Below are positions 8,278 through 19,500 of a stretch of DNA of 64,000 nucleotides, piece after piece. Position 1 is the first letter of the stretch; each line of letters begins with the position of its first letter. Source of the DNA: a bacterium (GTDB lineage: Bacteria > Patescibacteriota > Dojkabacteria > B142 > OLB20); NCBI GenBank assembly GCA_021463645.1, contig JAJTYI010000006.1, forward strand, positions 117,692 to 181,691, read 5' to 3'. The notes under the pieces are model-generated. The model was not told the origin of the DNA, ran no database searches, and worked only from the letters and a program-made list of their open reading frames with translations. The translations under genes and the position numbers were made by a program.

Positions 8278-9612
8278 ATGGCCGGTAGAATAATTACTGC
8301 AATCGATATTGGATCTACGAAAATCTCAACTATTATCGCCTCTATGGAAGAAGGCGGAACACCTGCAGTTATTGGTGTTGCGACCTCCCCTAGCCAAGGA
8401 CTAAAAAAAGGTGTCATCGTAAACATTGACGATGCTATTAATTCTATTGCAAATTCACTAGAAGCTGCTGAAAGAATGGCTGGGCTTACTGTTTCTTCGA
8501 TTTATATCTCGATCAACGGCAAACACATCACTAGCTTAAACAACAAAGGTGTTGTTGCTATTGCACAGGAAGAGATTACAACCGAAGACGTATTCCGCTC
8601 TATTGAAAGTGCTAGAACAGTTTCAATCCCACCATCGAGAGATATTTTACATGTAATACCTCGTGAGTTTATTGTGGACGCACAAGGCGACATAAAAGAT
8701 CCTATCGGAATGACTGGCACCAGACTAGAAGTAAACGCTCACATCATTTCTGCCACGACTTCTGCCCTTCATAATCTTGTGAAGTGTGTTCAACAAATCG
8801 GTCTTCAGGTAGATGATATTGTCTTTACAGGATGGGCTTCATCTACTAGCGTATTGACCCCCACTGAGAAAGAACTCGGAATAATGTGTTTAGATATTGG
8901 TGGCGGTACAACATCCATTACCACTTTTGTGGAGGATGCTATTACTTACAGTAGCTCAGTACCTTTTGGAGGTATCAATATCACAAGCGACTTAGCAATC
9001 GGATTACGTGTTTCACTAGAAGAAGCAGAAAAAATTAAACTAAACGCTGAAGAATTAATGAAAAACACATATGTATCTGATGAAGAGAGTGAAGCTACAA
9101 AAAGAAGAAAAGCCCTTCTCGCAGGGGAATCTGAAGAGGAAGAAGATGAAGATAAAAAAGAAACCAAAAAGAAAAAAGACGTTGTAGACATTTCCTCTCT
9201 AGATATCAAAGGCATGAAAACGATGTCGAGGAAGTTGTTTAACGAGATTGTCGAAGCTAGATTGAGTGAGATTTTTGATATCGTCATCAGACAAGTAGAA
9301 CAGTCTGGAAACGAGACTCGCCTTCCAGCTGGTATAGTTATCACCGGTGGATCTGCACTTATTCCAGGTATTGCTTCAGTTGCGAAGAAAGTCTTCGGAG
9401 TACCAGCGCGAGTTGCTTATCCTAAAGGTCTTGGAGGACTAGTTGATGAAATCTCATCCCCTGCATATGCTGTAGGACATGGACTTGTACTTTATGGCTC
9501 ATCTGAAGAAGGTTTTGAAACGAGCACTAAACGAACAGCATCAAAATCATCAAAGAAATCAGGAGGAGTCGGTAACCGTATTTCCAGTTTCTTTAAGAAT
9601 TTATTGCCATAG
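8278..9612 (+). CDS. ftsA: cell division protein FtsA
   Basis: Actin-like ATPase motifs AIDIGSTKISTII, LDIGGGTTSITTF and VITGGSALIPGI. Synteny with ftsZ. Confidence 0.9.
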   Translation: MAGRIITAIDIGSTKISTIIASMEEGGTPAVIGVATSPSQGLKKGVIVNIDDAINSIANSLEAAERMAGLTVSSIYISINGKHITSLNNKGVVAIAQEEITTEDVFRSIESARTVSIPPSRDILHVIPREFIVDAQGDIKDPIGMTGTRLEVNAHIISATTSALHNLVKCVQQIGLQVDDIVFTGWASSTSVLTPTEKELGIMCLDIGGGTTSITTFVEDAITYSSSVPFGGINITSDLAIGLRVSLEEAEKIKLNAEELMKNTYVSDEESEATKRRKALLAGESEEEEDEDKKETKKKKDVVDISSLDIKGMKTMSRKLFNEIVEARLSEIFDIVIRQVEQSGNETRLPAGIVITGGSALIPGIASVAKKVFGVPARVAYPKGLGGLVDEISSPAYAVGHGLVLYGSSEEGFETSTKRTASKSSKKSGGVGNRISSFFKNLLP

Positions 9613-9744
9613 TACTTGCACAAATGGCATTTATTCATTAGACTGTTGTATTGCACACTCGCCTTACTTGATTAAAGCAAAGCTTTAATCTTATGCCTCT
9701 TGTTTATATTTTTTCAATATTTTCATTTTGGAATTATTACAATT

Positions 9745-10893
9745 ATGCTTGTTAAACCTCAATCAACCAGTTTTGCGAAAATAAAAGTAGTAGGAGTTGG
9801 TGGTGCTGGCGGAAACGCCATTAACAATATGATCAAAAATCACGAAATTGAAGGAGTTGAATTCATTGCTGTAAATACAGACGCACAGGTACTCGCAAGC
9901 AACAGCGCAGAGATTAAATTGCGAATCGGAGAAGAGATTACAAGAGGCTTAGGAAGTGGAGGAAACCCTCAAATTGGGAGAAAAGCTGCTGAAGAGTCAG
10001 TCGATTTACTACACGAACATTTAGCTGGTGCTGATATGGTTTTCATTACTGCTGGTATGGGTGGTGGAACCGGAACTGGTGCCTCTCCTGTTATCGCTGG
10101 AATCGCAAAAAATCTAGGTGCGCTAACAATTGGAATCGTAGAGAAACCCTTCAATTTTGAAGGTCGCAGAAGGATGGAGACCGCAATCCAAGGTATTGCA
10201 GAAATCAAAGACAAAGTCGACACACTAATCGTCGTTCCCAATCAAAGATTGCTCGATGTTATAGAGAGAAATATCTCATTCATGGAAGCAATGAAAAAAG
10301 TAGATGACGTTCTTGCAATGGCAGTCAAAAGCATCTCCGAGCTTATCACACAAGGTGGAATGATCAATGTAGACTTTGCGGATATTAAATCAATTATGTT
10401 AAATGCAGGCACAGCATTGATGGGAATGGGTGTTGCTAGTGGTGAGGATAGAGCCAAAGAAGCCGCTAAAATGGCCATGGAGAGCCCCCTACTCGAAGCT
10501 TCGATAGAAGGTGCCACTGGAGTACTCTTTAACATTTTCGGAGGCGATGACCTAGCAATGTACGAGATTGATGAAATTGCGAGAACTATCTCAGAAGTGG
10601 TTCACCCAGATGCAAACATCTTCTTTGGGGCAAATGTTGATCCGTCTATGGACGAACAGTTACAAGTGACTGTCTTGGCTACTGGATTTGATACCAACAA
10701 TCAAGGTATTCCTGTACCCGCCGCACAACCCAAACCAGTCCAGGAAACTCCACGTAGTCCAGTTAATCCTATTAGAACACAACCTACAAAACCATCTAAA
10801 CCAATTTTTGGTGACGATGACGATGATGATGACTACGATATGGATAGTTTAGAGTCAACTCCTTCATATATGAGGAGGAAGAAAGAGTATTAA
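9745..10893 (+). CDS. ftsZ: cell division GTPase FtsZ
   Basis: VGVGGAGGNAINNM and the tubulin signature GGGTGTGASPVIA. The ATG at 9745 (MLVKPQS...) is preferred over the track's TTG at 9700. Confidence 0.95.
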   Translation: MLVKPQSTSFAKIKVVGVGGAGGNAINNMIKNHEIEGVEFIAVNTDAQVLASNSAEIKLRIGEEITRGLGSGGNPQIGRKAAEESVDLLHEHLAGADMVFITAGMGGGTGTGASPVIAGIAKNLGALTIGIVEKPFNFEGRRRMETAIQGIAEIKDKVDTLIVVPNQRLLDVIERNISFMEAMKKVDDVLAMAVKSISELITQGGMINVDFADIKSIMLNAGTALMGMGVASGEDRAKEAAKMAMESPLLEASIEGATGVLFNIFGGDDLAMYEIDEIARTISEVVHPDANIFFGANVDPSMDEQLQVTVLATGFDTNNQGIPVPAAQPKPVQETPRSPVNPIRTQPTKPSKPIFGDDDDDDDYDMDSLESTPSYMRRKKEY

Positions 10894-11753
10894 ACAGGAT
10901 TCGCAACCACAACAAATCTATTGGCACTATTACCATCAGGGTAACACGTGAAAAGTGTGAGTGTGTCTTTGCCGATTTCTCCTGTAACTATTGAAACGTC
11001 ATGAGGTTGTACGATTTTGCTCTTCGCTACTCGATATTTGTATTCCTTCCCTTCCATTTTGACAATTACCTCATCACCTATTTTTACGTTTTTTAATTCC
11101 GAGAAGGATGCCGTTGGATCTTTTGTTCTTTCGTAATAATTTCCAGAAGCGCTATGACCATATATCACAGTATTATTTTTCATATCCGAGATTGGTAAGC
11201 CAGTACCATTAAAATGTGCTAAACCACCTTCTAAGTAACTGTCATAAATTTCTTCTACTCCACTTTCGACATTTGCTATTACTCGAACGTCTTTAATGCC
11301 AAGTGACGGAATTGATAATTGGAATTTACCTTTGTATTCATTACTAACTGGATCAGCTAAAAGTTGATTCGTTGCATAGGCTTCGTCTTTTAGCTCTTTA
11401 AAGTATTCAGCTCCAGGGTTTGAAATGTACTCTGCTCTTGATACGTAGTTTTCCGAAGCAAGAGCAATATTTGTTGTATCGTAATAATCAACTTTTAGTT
11501 TTAGATATTCTTTAAAATCAGGGAAGAATTGTTGATAAATCATTGTGAATCCCGCCACAATCAGAAAAACAGGAATCAATGCTCCAATAAATTTTGAGTT
11601 AATCAGGAATTCTTGAGTATTACCAACTACAGAAAAAACAACATCTCCAAGAGTAGTTTTCTTCTTTGGGAAATTATCATAATAATAGATGTTCGCCGAG
11701 GCAACGGTGCCTACAGAGCGTACGGGGGCTTTAACGTACGAATACAGAGCCAT
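10890..11753 (-). CDS. sortase (membrane-anchored transpeptidase)
   Basis: N-terminal TM (IGALIPVFLIVAGFTMI), His motif VIYGHS, catalytic TLFTCYP (TLxTC), and a late Arg (NRFVVVA). Confidence 0.8.
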   Translation of the reverse strand: MALYSYVKAPVRSVGTVASANIYYYDNFPKKKTTLGDVVFSVVGNTQEFLINSKFIGALIPVFLIVAGFTMIYQQFFPDFKEYLKLKVDYYDTTNIALASENYVSRAEYISNPGAEYFKELKDEAYATNQLLADPVSNEYKGKFQLSIPSLGIKDVRVIANVESGVEEIYDSYLEGGLAHFNGTGLPISDMKNNTVIYGHSASGNYYERTKDPTASFSELKNVKIGDEVIVKMEGKEYKYRVAKSKIVQPHDVSIVTGEIGKDTLTLFTCYPDGNSANRFVVVANPV

Positions 11754-11910
11754 ATTCAGTAAAAAATAGTTAGTGCAAATAGTTACCTAACGAAGAGTGC
11801 AAGTCCGCATTAGGTCGTAAAAATATAATACAATTTCCGTAAACAAATCTCAACAGATAAATGCATTTTATGATAGAATGGTAACAGTTTGTAACTCATA
11901 ATCATCTTCT

Positions 11911-13017
11911 ATGGCTATTAATCAAAAAATCAAAAAAGACGTTAAAGCTCTCGTCGTCAAAGGTAAAGAGCAAGGATATCTCACCCAAGATGAGGTTTTG
12001 GATGCTTTCCCTGACGTCGAAGAAGATATGAACCTCTTAGAATACATTATCTCTACCCTTCAGGAGGAAGAAGTAGAAATAATTGAACCTCTAGCAGACC
12101 TTCCCGAAGAAATCGTGACCATTGTTCCAAGTGCAAAAGGAATGACTTTCGAACAAAAAATTAAAATCCTAAAGAAGATTCGATCCCATGTTACGACTGA
12201 TCCTATCAGAGCATATCTGCACGAAATTGGAAGAATTCCTCTATTAAATGCAGAAGAAGAAGTTATATTAGCCAAGAGGATTGAGAAGGGTGATCAAGAA
12301 GCAAAAGATTTATTAACAACTGCCAATCTTCGTTTAGTTGTATCCATTGCGAAGAAATATGCAAAAAGAGGTTTGGACTTACTAGATTTAATCCAGGAAG
12401 GAAATATTGGTTTGATAAGAGCAGTAGAGAAATTCGAATACAGAAAAGGTTTCAAATTCTCTACATATGCAACTTGGTGGATTAGACAGGCTATTACCAG
12501 AGCGATTGCAGACCAAGCTCGTACTATCCGAGTCCCTGTTCATATGATTGAAACAATCAATAAATTAAGTAAGGTATCAAGTCAACTAGCAGCCAAACTT
12601 GGACGCAGACCAACTATCAAAGAAATCGCTGACGAAATGGACATCGATGTTGCAAAGGTAAATGAAATCATCCGAATCGCACAAAGACCTGCTTCCCTTG
12701 AGTCACCTATTGGAGAAGAAAAAGACTCTAAATTGGGTGATATTATCCCTGATGAGTTTTCTGCTTCCCCTACTGAAATTGCAACATGGGCATCATTGAA
12801 AAAACAAATCAATGAAATCCTTAGCGGATTAACAGATAGAGAAAGAAAAGTTCTAGAACTTAGATTTGGTTTAAAAGACGGAGTTTCAAGAACTCTTGAA
12901 GAAGTCGGCCACGAGTTCAAAGTTACAAGAGAACGTATCAGGCAAATAGAGGCTAAAGCATTAAAAAGACTTAAAAGTGAAGAAATCGCACAAGCCCTCA
13001 AAGACTATCTCAGATAA
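11911..13017 (+). CDS. rpoD: RNA polymerase primary sigma factor
   Basis: Region 2 [41 protein letters not shown]. Region 4.2 [27 protein letters not shown]. Confidence 0.9.
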   Translation: MAINQKIKKDVKALVVKGKEQGYLTQDEVLDAFPDVEEDMNLLEYIISTLQEEEVEIIEPLADLPEEIVTIVPSAKGMTFEQKIKILKKIRSHVTTDPIRAYLHEIGRIPLLNAEEEVILAKRIEKGDQEAKDLLTTANLRLVVSIAKKYAKRGLDLLDLIQEGNIGLIRAVEKFEYRKGFKFSTYATWWIRQAITRAIADQARTIRVPVHMIETINKLSKVSSQLAAKLGRRPTIKEIADEMDIDVAKVNEIIRIAQRPASLESPIGEEKDSKLGDIIPDEFSASPTEIATWASLKKQINEILSGLTDRERKVLELRFGLKDGVSRTLEEVGHEFKVTRERIRQIEAKALKRLKSEEIAQALKDYLR

Positions 13018-13582
13018 CAGCAACTCTGATATAAAACTCTTCAAAAAAAGATTACGTCAATCCTTGATGAATAAGCGCATAGTTACTATTGGCAAGCAAA
13101 GTAAATCAGAATCAATAGTAACCAAACTTCTCCAAACACAAGAATTAATTTCCGCTAAATCAATACTGTTGTACTCCCCTATAGATGGTGAAGTCGATAT
13201 TTCAAAAATATTTTCAATTTTACAAAATCAAAGAAAGAATATTTTTCTTCCTAAGGTTGCAGACTTAAAAGTCGCAAAGTTTATTTTCGGAACTTCTTTA
13301 ATAAGAGGTAAAAACGGGGTATTTGAACCAGCGGAAAGAATTAGTATGAATCCAAAACAACTAGACATTGCTATCATTCCTGGATTAGGTTTCGATCGTC
13401 AAGGCAATAGAATTGGACATGGAGGTGGATGGTACGACAGGATAATAGATGAGATTAATTTCAAATACATCATTGGAGTATGTTTTGACTCTCAACTACT
13501 TTTAAAGGTCCCTCAAGAACCCCATGATAAATCAGTTCATATGGTCATCACCGAAAAAGAGATTATTAATACGAGATATTAG
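12977..13582 (+). CDS. 5-formyltetrahydrofolate cyclo-ligase
   Basis: [21 protein letters not shown] motif. The start is uncertain: the track start overlaps rpoD by 41 nt, and no ATG lies between it and the conserved N-terminal region. Confidence 0.75.
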   Translation: MKKSHKPSKTISDNSNSDIKLFKKRLRQSLMNKRIVTIGKQSKSESIVTKLLQTQELISAKSILLYSPIDGEVDISKIFSILQNQRKNIFLPKVADLKVAKFIFGTSLIRGKNGVFEPAERISMNPKQLDIAIIPGLGFDRQGNRIGHGGGWYDRIIDEINFKYIIGVCFDSQLLLKVPQEPHDKSVHMVITEKEIINTRY

Positions 13583-13642
13583 TGTGTTTTACTTATTTTT
13601 TTCTCGAGAACTGGTTATAATAAAATATATTTGTACCCGTTG

Positions 13643-14986
13643 ATGAGGAAATTATTTAACGCACTAGTGATTGTGATTTTATTATCACAATCTGCACTGA
13701 CTGCAAACGCACAGGAAATCGAACCTTCCGCCACACCTGTCCCACAAGAGATAATTAATAAAGTGGTTAAGACTACTCCAGCAGACATACTTGTCTCGGG
13801 AGTTAATAAATCAAACCAGCTTTCAGGAGAAATCGTCGCAGACTTTACAGAAATCCCTCCTAGTGCAGAAGTTCTTGACATTGATTTAATTTTCAATCAG
13901 GTCGGGACAAGTGAAGGCATTATTAAATTATTAAATAAGAGATCCTTTAGCATAATCGATAGCATTTCCTTGGGGAGAGAAGGTATCAAAACAACAACCC
14001 GTGTGGACACAACTGTAAAAGAGTGGATAACTAACCCAGAGAAGAATTTCGGGCTTGTATTTCAGACTAGTGAACTAGGAAATGATAGTGAAATCACCTT
14101 TAGTGATATCACATTCAACGTTGAGTACTATCTTCCTGATAGAACCAACCCAGAAATTACAAAACTAGACATAAAAATCGTTGATGCATTTACTACTCAA
14201 ATTCAATGGGAAACCAACGAACCTGTAACCGTGAATGTAAAATACGGAAAGACATCGAATTATGATAAGGATGTTGCTGGTGAAATAGAGTTTGCAGATT
14301 CTGGGGTGGTGAGGTTGACAGATTTGAGTGAAAACATCACCTACCATATGAAGTTCTTCGCAAAAGACTCGAGCGGAAATACCACAGAAACAGCAAACAC
14401 TGTATTTACTACAAACAAGGGGACAACTACAAATGCCATCACCGAGGATCAAGCTGTTCTCGCACCCAGATTACTAAATTACGAAATAGTTCCAGAAAAA
14501 AGCCATTACAATGTTGAACTAGCATGGTCAAAAAGTGAATCTACCAACATCACTGGTTATGTATTATTTCGAAACACTGGAGACGGAGAATACTCTGAGT
14601 ATTCGCGATTCGATAGTGCCGTTACTAGGTATACAGATACAAAGGCAGAATCGAACACAACTTACAGCTATTACGTTATCGCGTATTCTGGTACCGTCCA
14701 ATCAAGTCGTTCTCCAGTAGTACAGGTAAAAATCCCTGAGAGTTCGAATGTATTGGGAATTGATAGTATGTTTGAAAGAGGGAATTCAAATTTAGCAATC
14801 TTCTTTATATTGTCTGGATTCGCAATATTATTAGGAGTTAGCTACTTTGTCTGGAAAAAAGTCCGCCTCAACATGGCTTATAATGAGAAAATCAACCGCC
14901 ACTCTAGATTACACAATGTACTTCACGACCCTGATTATTACATTAATGGGTATGAAGATTCTGTTATCGAAAAAGTAAGTGACTAG
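13643..14986 (+). CDS. secreted, C-terminally anchored protein with fibronectin-type-III-like repeats
   Basis: Signal peptide from the ATG at 13643 (MRKLFNALVIVILLSQSALTANAQE). Two FN3-like segments (e.g. TQIQWETNEPVTVNVKYGKTSNYD...ITYHMKFFAKDSSGN). C-terminal TM (LAIFFILSGFAILLGVSYFVW). Confidence 0.55.
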   Translation: MRKLFNALVIVILLSQSALTANAQEIEPSATPVPQEIINKVVKTTPADILVSGVNKSNQLSGEIVADFTEIPPSAEVLDIDLIFNQVGTSEGIIKLLNKRSFSIIDSISLGREGIKTTTRVDTTVKEWITNPEKNFGLVFQTSELGNDSEITFSDITFNVEYYLPDRTNPEITKLDIKIVDAFTTQIQWETNEPVTVNVKYGKTSNYDKDVAGEIEFADSGVVRLTDLSENITYHMKFFAKDSSGNTTETANTVFTTNKGTTTNAITEDQAVLAPRLLNYEIVPEKSHYNVELAWSKSESTNITGYVLFRNTGDGEYSEYSRFDSAVTRYTDTKAESNTTYSYYVIAYSGTVQSSRSPVVQVKIPESSNVLGIDSMFERGNSNLAIFFILSGFAILLGVSYFVWKKVRLNMAYNEKINRHSRLHNVLHDPDYYINGYEDSVIEKVSD

Positions 14987-15054
14987 TTGCGATGAACTTT
15001 GGGCTTTGATATACGCCCAATCTATGGTAAAATTCCTTTGTTGTTTAGAAAATT

Positions 15055-15237
15055 ATGAAAAGAACTTATCAACCAAGCAAAATCAAAAGAATCAGAAAGT
15101 TCGGATTTCGAGCTAGAATGGCTACCAAAGGTGGTCAGAATGTCTTGAAAAGCCGCAGAGCCAAAGGGAGACACTCACTTACCGCTTCAAACGAAATTAT
15201 TGCAGACAAAACAAAACGTTTTTCACGCAGTAGATAA
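15055..15237 (+). CDS. rpmH: 50S ribosomal protein L34 (with a roughly 16-aa C-terminal extension)
   Basis: [44 protein letters not shown] is canonical L34. It is followed by [16 protein letters not shown]. Confidence 0.9.
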   Translation: MKRTYQPSKIKRIRKFGFRARMATKGGQNVLKSRRAKGRHSLTASNEIIADKTKRFSRSR

Positions 15238-15241
15238 TTAA

Positions 15242-15589
15242 ATGCTCAAGCAACTCCAAAGAGTCCGACTAGAATCTGACTACAAATATATCCTAAATCG
15301 TGGGAAGAAATCTTATTCTCAATTTTTCTTGTTATCTAAAGCCTATCAGAGGGATACATCTCTAATGTCGAGTAGGTTTGGTTTTATCACGAGTAAGAAA
15401 GTCGGTAAAGCCCACATCAGAAACAAGCTCAGACGTCAATTCCGAGAGATAATTAGAAATGAAATTGAAAATATCAAACCAGGTTTCGATATAGTCATCG
15501 TCGTCTCGCCAAAGGCAGTTGGTGCGACATTTTCAGAAATACAAAAAGAGCTGTTAAAACAGCTCCGTTTGAATGATTTGTTGGAATAA
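15242..15589 (+). CDS. rnpA: ribonuclease P protein component
   Basis: 115 aa, basic. Contains FGFITSKKVGKAHIRNKLRRQFRE (RNR-like motif). Lies 4 nt downstream of rpmH. Confidence 0.85.
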   Translation: MLKQLQRVRLESDYKYILNRGKKSYSQFFLLSKAYQRDTSLMSSRFGFITSKKVGKAHIRNKLRRQFREIIRNEIENIKPGFDIVIVVSPKAVGATFSEIQKELLKQLRLNDLLE

Positions 15590-15592
15590 TCC

Positions 15593-16063
15593 TTACCAAG
15601 TTAAATGACCGAATGCTTTGTTTGCTTCTGCCATCTTGTGTGTATCTTCTCTCTTCTTGTATGCATTACCTTGTCTGTTAATCGCTGATAACGATTCATT
15701 GTATAATGCTTCTGCGATTGGTTTTGAGCCTCTAGTATCTCTGGCTGCACCAACCAACCATCTCAATGCAAGATCAACTTGTCTTTTCTCTGAAACTGGA
15801 ACTGGAACTTGATAGTTAGCTCCTCCGACCCTTCTGGATCTAACCTCAACCTTTGGTTTCAGGTTCTCCATAACTTTGTCAAAAGCGGCCTTTGGTTCTA
15901 ATTTGGTCTCTTTAGAAAGTTTATCTAACATTTCATAGACGATTTTTCTAGAGACGTCTTTTTTGCCATCAACCATCACATAGTTAATCAATTTCCCGAA
16001 GACTTCACTACCGTAAACAGCATCAGGGGCAATTTTTCTAACTCTTATACTTTTTCCTCTCAT
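15593..16063 (-). CDS. rpsG: 30S ribosomal protein S7
   Basis: 156 aa with a typical S7 sequence (...VEVRSRRVGGANYQVPV...). Lies downstream of rpsL. Confidence 0.95.
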   Translation of the reverse strand: MRGKSIRVRKIAPDAVYGSEVFGKLINYVMVDGKKDVSRKIVYEMLDKLSKETKLEPKAAFDKVMENLKPKVEVRSRRVGGANYQVPVPVSEKRQVDLALRWLVGAARDTRGSKPIAEALYNESLSAINRQGNAYKKREDTHKMAEANKAFGHLTW

Positions 16064-16080
16064 TTTATAAATTCAATAAA

Positions 16081-16524
16081 TTATTTAGGTTTTTTAGCAC
16101 CATATAATGACCTTGATGTTTTGCGTCCTTCTACACCAGCAGCATCATATCGACCACGGACTATCTGATATTTAACACCAGGTAAGTCAGGTCTTCTCCC
16201 AGCTCTTACAAGCACTACAGAGTGCTCCTGAAGGTTGTGTCCTTCTCCTGGAATGTATGCTGTGATTTCCTGTTTATTGGAAAGTCTGACTCTAGCGACT
16301 TTACGCAATGCAGAGTTAGGTTTTCTAGGTGTTCTAGTGAACACAGCAATACATACTCCTCTTCGAAGTGGATTTGATCGTTTTGTAAATTTGTTTTGAA
16401 TGCTGTTGTAGTTGAACTGCAACTGCTTGTATTTAGTTGTTTCGCTGAAATTTAGACCTTTGTAGCGAACCGTACCTCGCTTCTTTGATCTTCCTTTTCT
16501 AACTAATTGTGATACTCTTGCCAT
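16081..16524 (-). CDS. rpsL: 30S ribosomal protein S12 (with an N-terminal insertion of about 23 aa)
   Basis: Contains [29 protein letters not shown] and [27 protein letters not shown]. At 147 aa it is longer than the usual roughly 124 aa. Confidence 0.95.
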   Translation of the reverse strand: MARVSQLVRKGRSKKRGTVRYKGLNFSETTKYKQLQFNYNSIQNKFTKRSNPLRRGVCIAVFTRTPRKPNSALRKVARVRLSNKQEITAYIPGEGHNLQEHSVVLVRAGRRPDLPGVKYQIVRGRYDAAGVEGRKTSRSLYGAKKPK

Positions 16525-16558
16525 AATTAAATTTACTTTTTTAAATTATTCAAAATTA

Positions 16559-19500
16559 TTAACGGACTTCGTCTCCTAATGGAACAGTCCTGCCGATTAT
16601 AACATTTTCTTTCAATCCTCTCAAATAGTCGACCTTCCCAATCAAACCTGCTTCGCTTAATACCCTGACCTGTTGCTCGAATGAAGCAGCAGATAGGAAA
16701 CTATCAGTTTTGATTGCAGCGAAGGTAATTCCGAGTAATTGTCGTTTACTCTTCACTGTTCTCTTGCCTTCGTTCTTCAATTGTTCGTTTAATTGCCTCA
16801 ATTCAATATGATCAGCATAGTCACCTGGTAGATATTCGGAGTCACCTGCATCAGTCACTCTTGAGAATCGTGATACTTGTCTAACAACTACCTCAACATG
16901 CTTATCATCGATACCGATACCTTGAATACCATATGTCTCTTGAACATTGTCTATAAGGTATTGCTGAGCTTGTTTGATATCGTCAATCTTCATAATCTCT
17001 TTAGGATCTTGAGATCCACTTGTAAGAGGTGTGCCTTTGATGACATTATCTCCGTCTTCTACGTTTATGATTGCATCTTCGTCTACTTCGTATTCGACTA
17101 CAAATTCTTTGTCGATGATGTAGATAATCTTATTGTCATCTTTTGTAGCCTTACCTTCCATTTCTGCATTTACTTTTTCGCCATCTTTTTTAACATAGAT
17201 GACTTCACCTTCTTTGAATTTCTTAGTTCTTTTCATCTCGGTAGTATCGCCTTCCTCTAGTTCATACACCTTTTGCATTTGTTTTCGGTTTGAAAGTCGG
17301 ATTTTGTCTACTTTTTCGGTTTTATCCTTGAAAATAAACTCTACTTTTCCGTCAATCTCGGCAAGAACTGCTTTTCTCTTTGGAGTTCTAACCTCGAATA
17401 GCTCTTCTACTCTAGGAAGACCTTGAGTGATGTCAGTACCCGCTCTACCTGCAAGATGCTTTGTATTTAGAGTAAGCTGTGTTGCAGCCTCTCCCATGGA
17501 CTGAGCAGCGATGATACCGACGGCTATACCAATGTTAACAACTTTTCTTGTACCAAGATCATAGCCGTAACATTTCTGGCAAACTCCGTGTTTAGTTTCG
17601 CAAGTCAGTACTGATCGTACTTCCACTTGTTTCAGGTCAGTCTTAGCAATTAGTTCAGCCTTTTTCTGTGTAATTTCTTCATCTTTTTTAGCAATAATTT
17701 CACCGGTTTTTGGATCTGCGATATTTTCTCCAGCAAACCGTCCGGTAATTCTCTCGTCAAAACTCAATCTTCGAGTGTTATCTCGAACAATGGTGAAGCT
17801 ATTTTGAGTACCGCAGTCTTCTTCTTTGATAATCACGTCTTGCGCAACGTCAACCAACCTTCTGGTCAAGTATCCTGATTCTGCTGTTCTAAGAGCAGTA
17901 TCAGCAAGACCTTTTCTAGTTCCTCTAGCTGCCACAAAATATTCTAAGTTTGATAAACCTTGCTTGTAGTTTGATCTAAGTGGCAATTCGACAATATTAC
18001 CTAGAGGATCTAGAATCAAACCTCTAATTCCAGAAATCTGTCGTAGTGGGTTTTGTACTGGAAGAGCTCCAGATTCTTGAAGAATCACCAAGTTGTTATT
18101 TGGATCTTCTGCATATTTTGCCCATGTAATCTCTGCTACCTTCTCTACCAAATCCATCCACAATTGTTCTGAAAGCCGTCTCTTTTCCTGTAGTGTCAAA
18201 AGACCAAGGTTATAATCATTATTTAGTTGATTATCTTTGTCTTCAACCTCATTTAGAAGCACGTCTTTTTGATCATCAATAACTAGCTCGTCCGTTCCAA
18301 CTGAAACTCCAGATTTGGTAGCGTATTTGAATCCTAAACCTTCGATTGAGTCCAATACTTGAGTAGCTGTTTTTCTGCCGTATTTTTCTAATACTTTTGC
18401 AGAAATCTTTGCTACGTCTTTTTTGTTTAATTGTTGATTAACATATCCATAACCTTCTGGAAGAATATCATTTAGCAATAGTCTTCCAACTGTTGTTTCT
18501 ATTATTTCATTACCTATCAACACTTTGATTTTGTCTCTTAAGTGTAGTTGGCCATTCTCATATTTACCAACAGCTTCGTTCTCAGAAGCGAAATATTTCA
18601 CTTCTTTATTGTCGTTTACGCCAGTTAAGTAGTAGATTCCCAATGCCATATCTTTTTCTACGTTTACAACTGGTTGACCATCAGCGCTAAGTAGCAAGTT
18701 ACTTTCTGCAAACATTTTATCTATTGCTTCTTCTATTGCCTTCTTTGACAATGGAACATGAACTGCCATTTGATCTCCATCAAAGTCAGCATTGAATCCT
18801 TTACATACCATAGGGTGTAGCCTGATTGCATCACCTTCGGTAAGGACTGGGAAGAATGCCTGAATACCTTGTTTATGAAGAGTAGGAGCTCTGTTCAATA
18901 GAACTGGTCTGTTTTGAATAACTCTTTCCAAAATATCCCATACCTCAGTACTCTTTGATTCAAAGAAATGTTTAGCACTTTTGATATTTGGAGCAAGTCC
19001 ATCTGCAATAATTTCTCTCAAAACGAATGGTTTGAATAATTCCAAAGCCATTGTTTTTGGAAGTCCACATTGACTGATTTTCAAGTCTGGTCCAGGAATA
19101 ATAACGGATCTACCTGAGTAGTCTACACGTTTTCCAAGTAAGTTTTGTCTGAATCGACCTTGTTTACCTCTCAACATATCTGAGAGTGATTTGTAAGGTT
19201 GACCCCTTGAGTTTAATACAGCATTACCAGGTCGATGATCGTTATCTACCAAGGCATCAACTGATTCTTGAAGCATTCTTTTCTCATTTCTAAGAATGAT
19301 TTCAGGTGCTCCTAAATCAATAAGTCTTTTCAACCTGTTATTTCTGTTTATAACTCTTCTATACAAGTCATTCAAATCCGATGTAGCAAATCGTCCTCCA
19401 GGAAGTTGGATAATTGGTCTTAAATCTGGGGGGATTACAGGTAACATAGAAACAATCAACCATGTAGAGTCGATTCCCGCTCGATACATGCCCTCTATTA

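Noticed and set aside
16877-17260. Many track ORFs lie antisense to or inside large conserved genes (for example 16877..17260, 17199..17426, 19296..19514, 20135..20371, 20888..21315, 23311..23598, 8946..9344, 9969..10535, 12582..13001, 5345..5620, 53980..54522, 54547..54933)
   Set aside because: They are shadow frames of strongly supported genes on the other strand or frame. They have low-complexity, Ser/Leu/Phe-rich translations and no independent signals.
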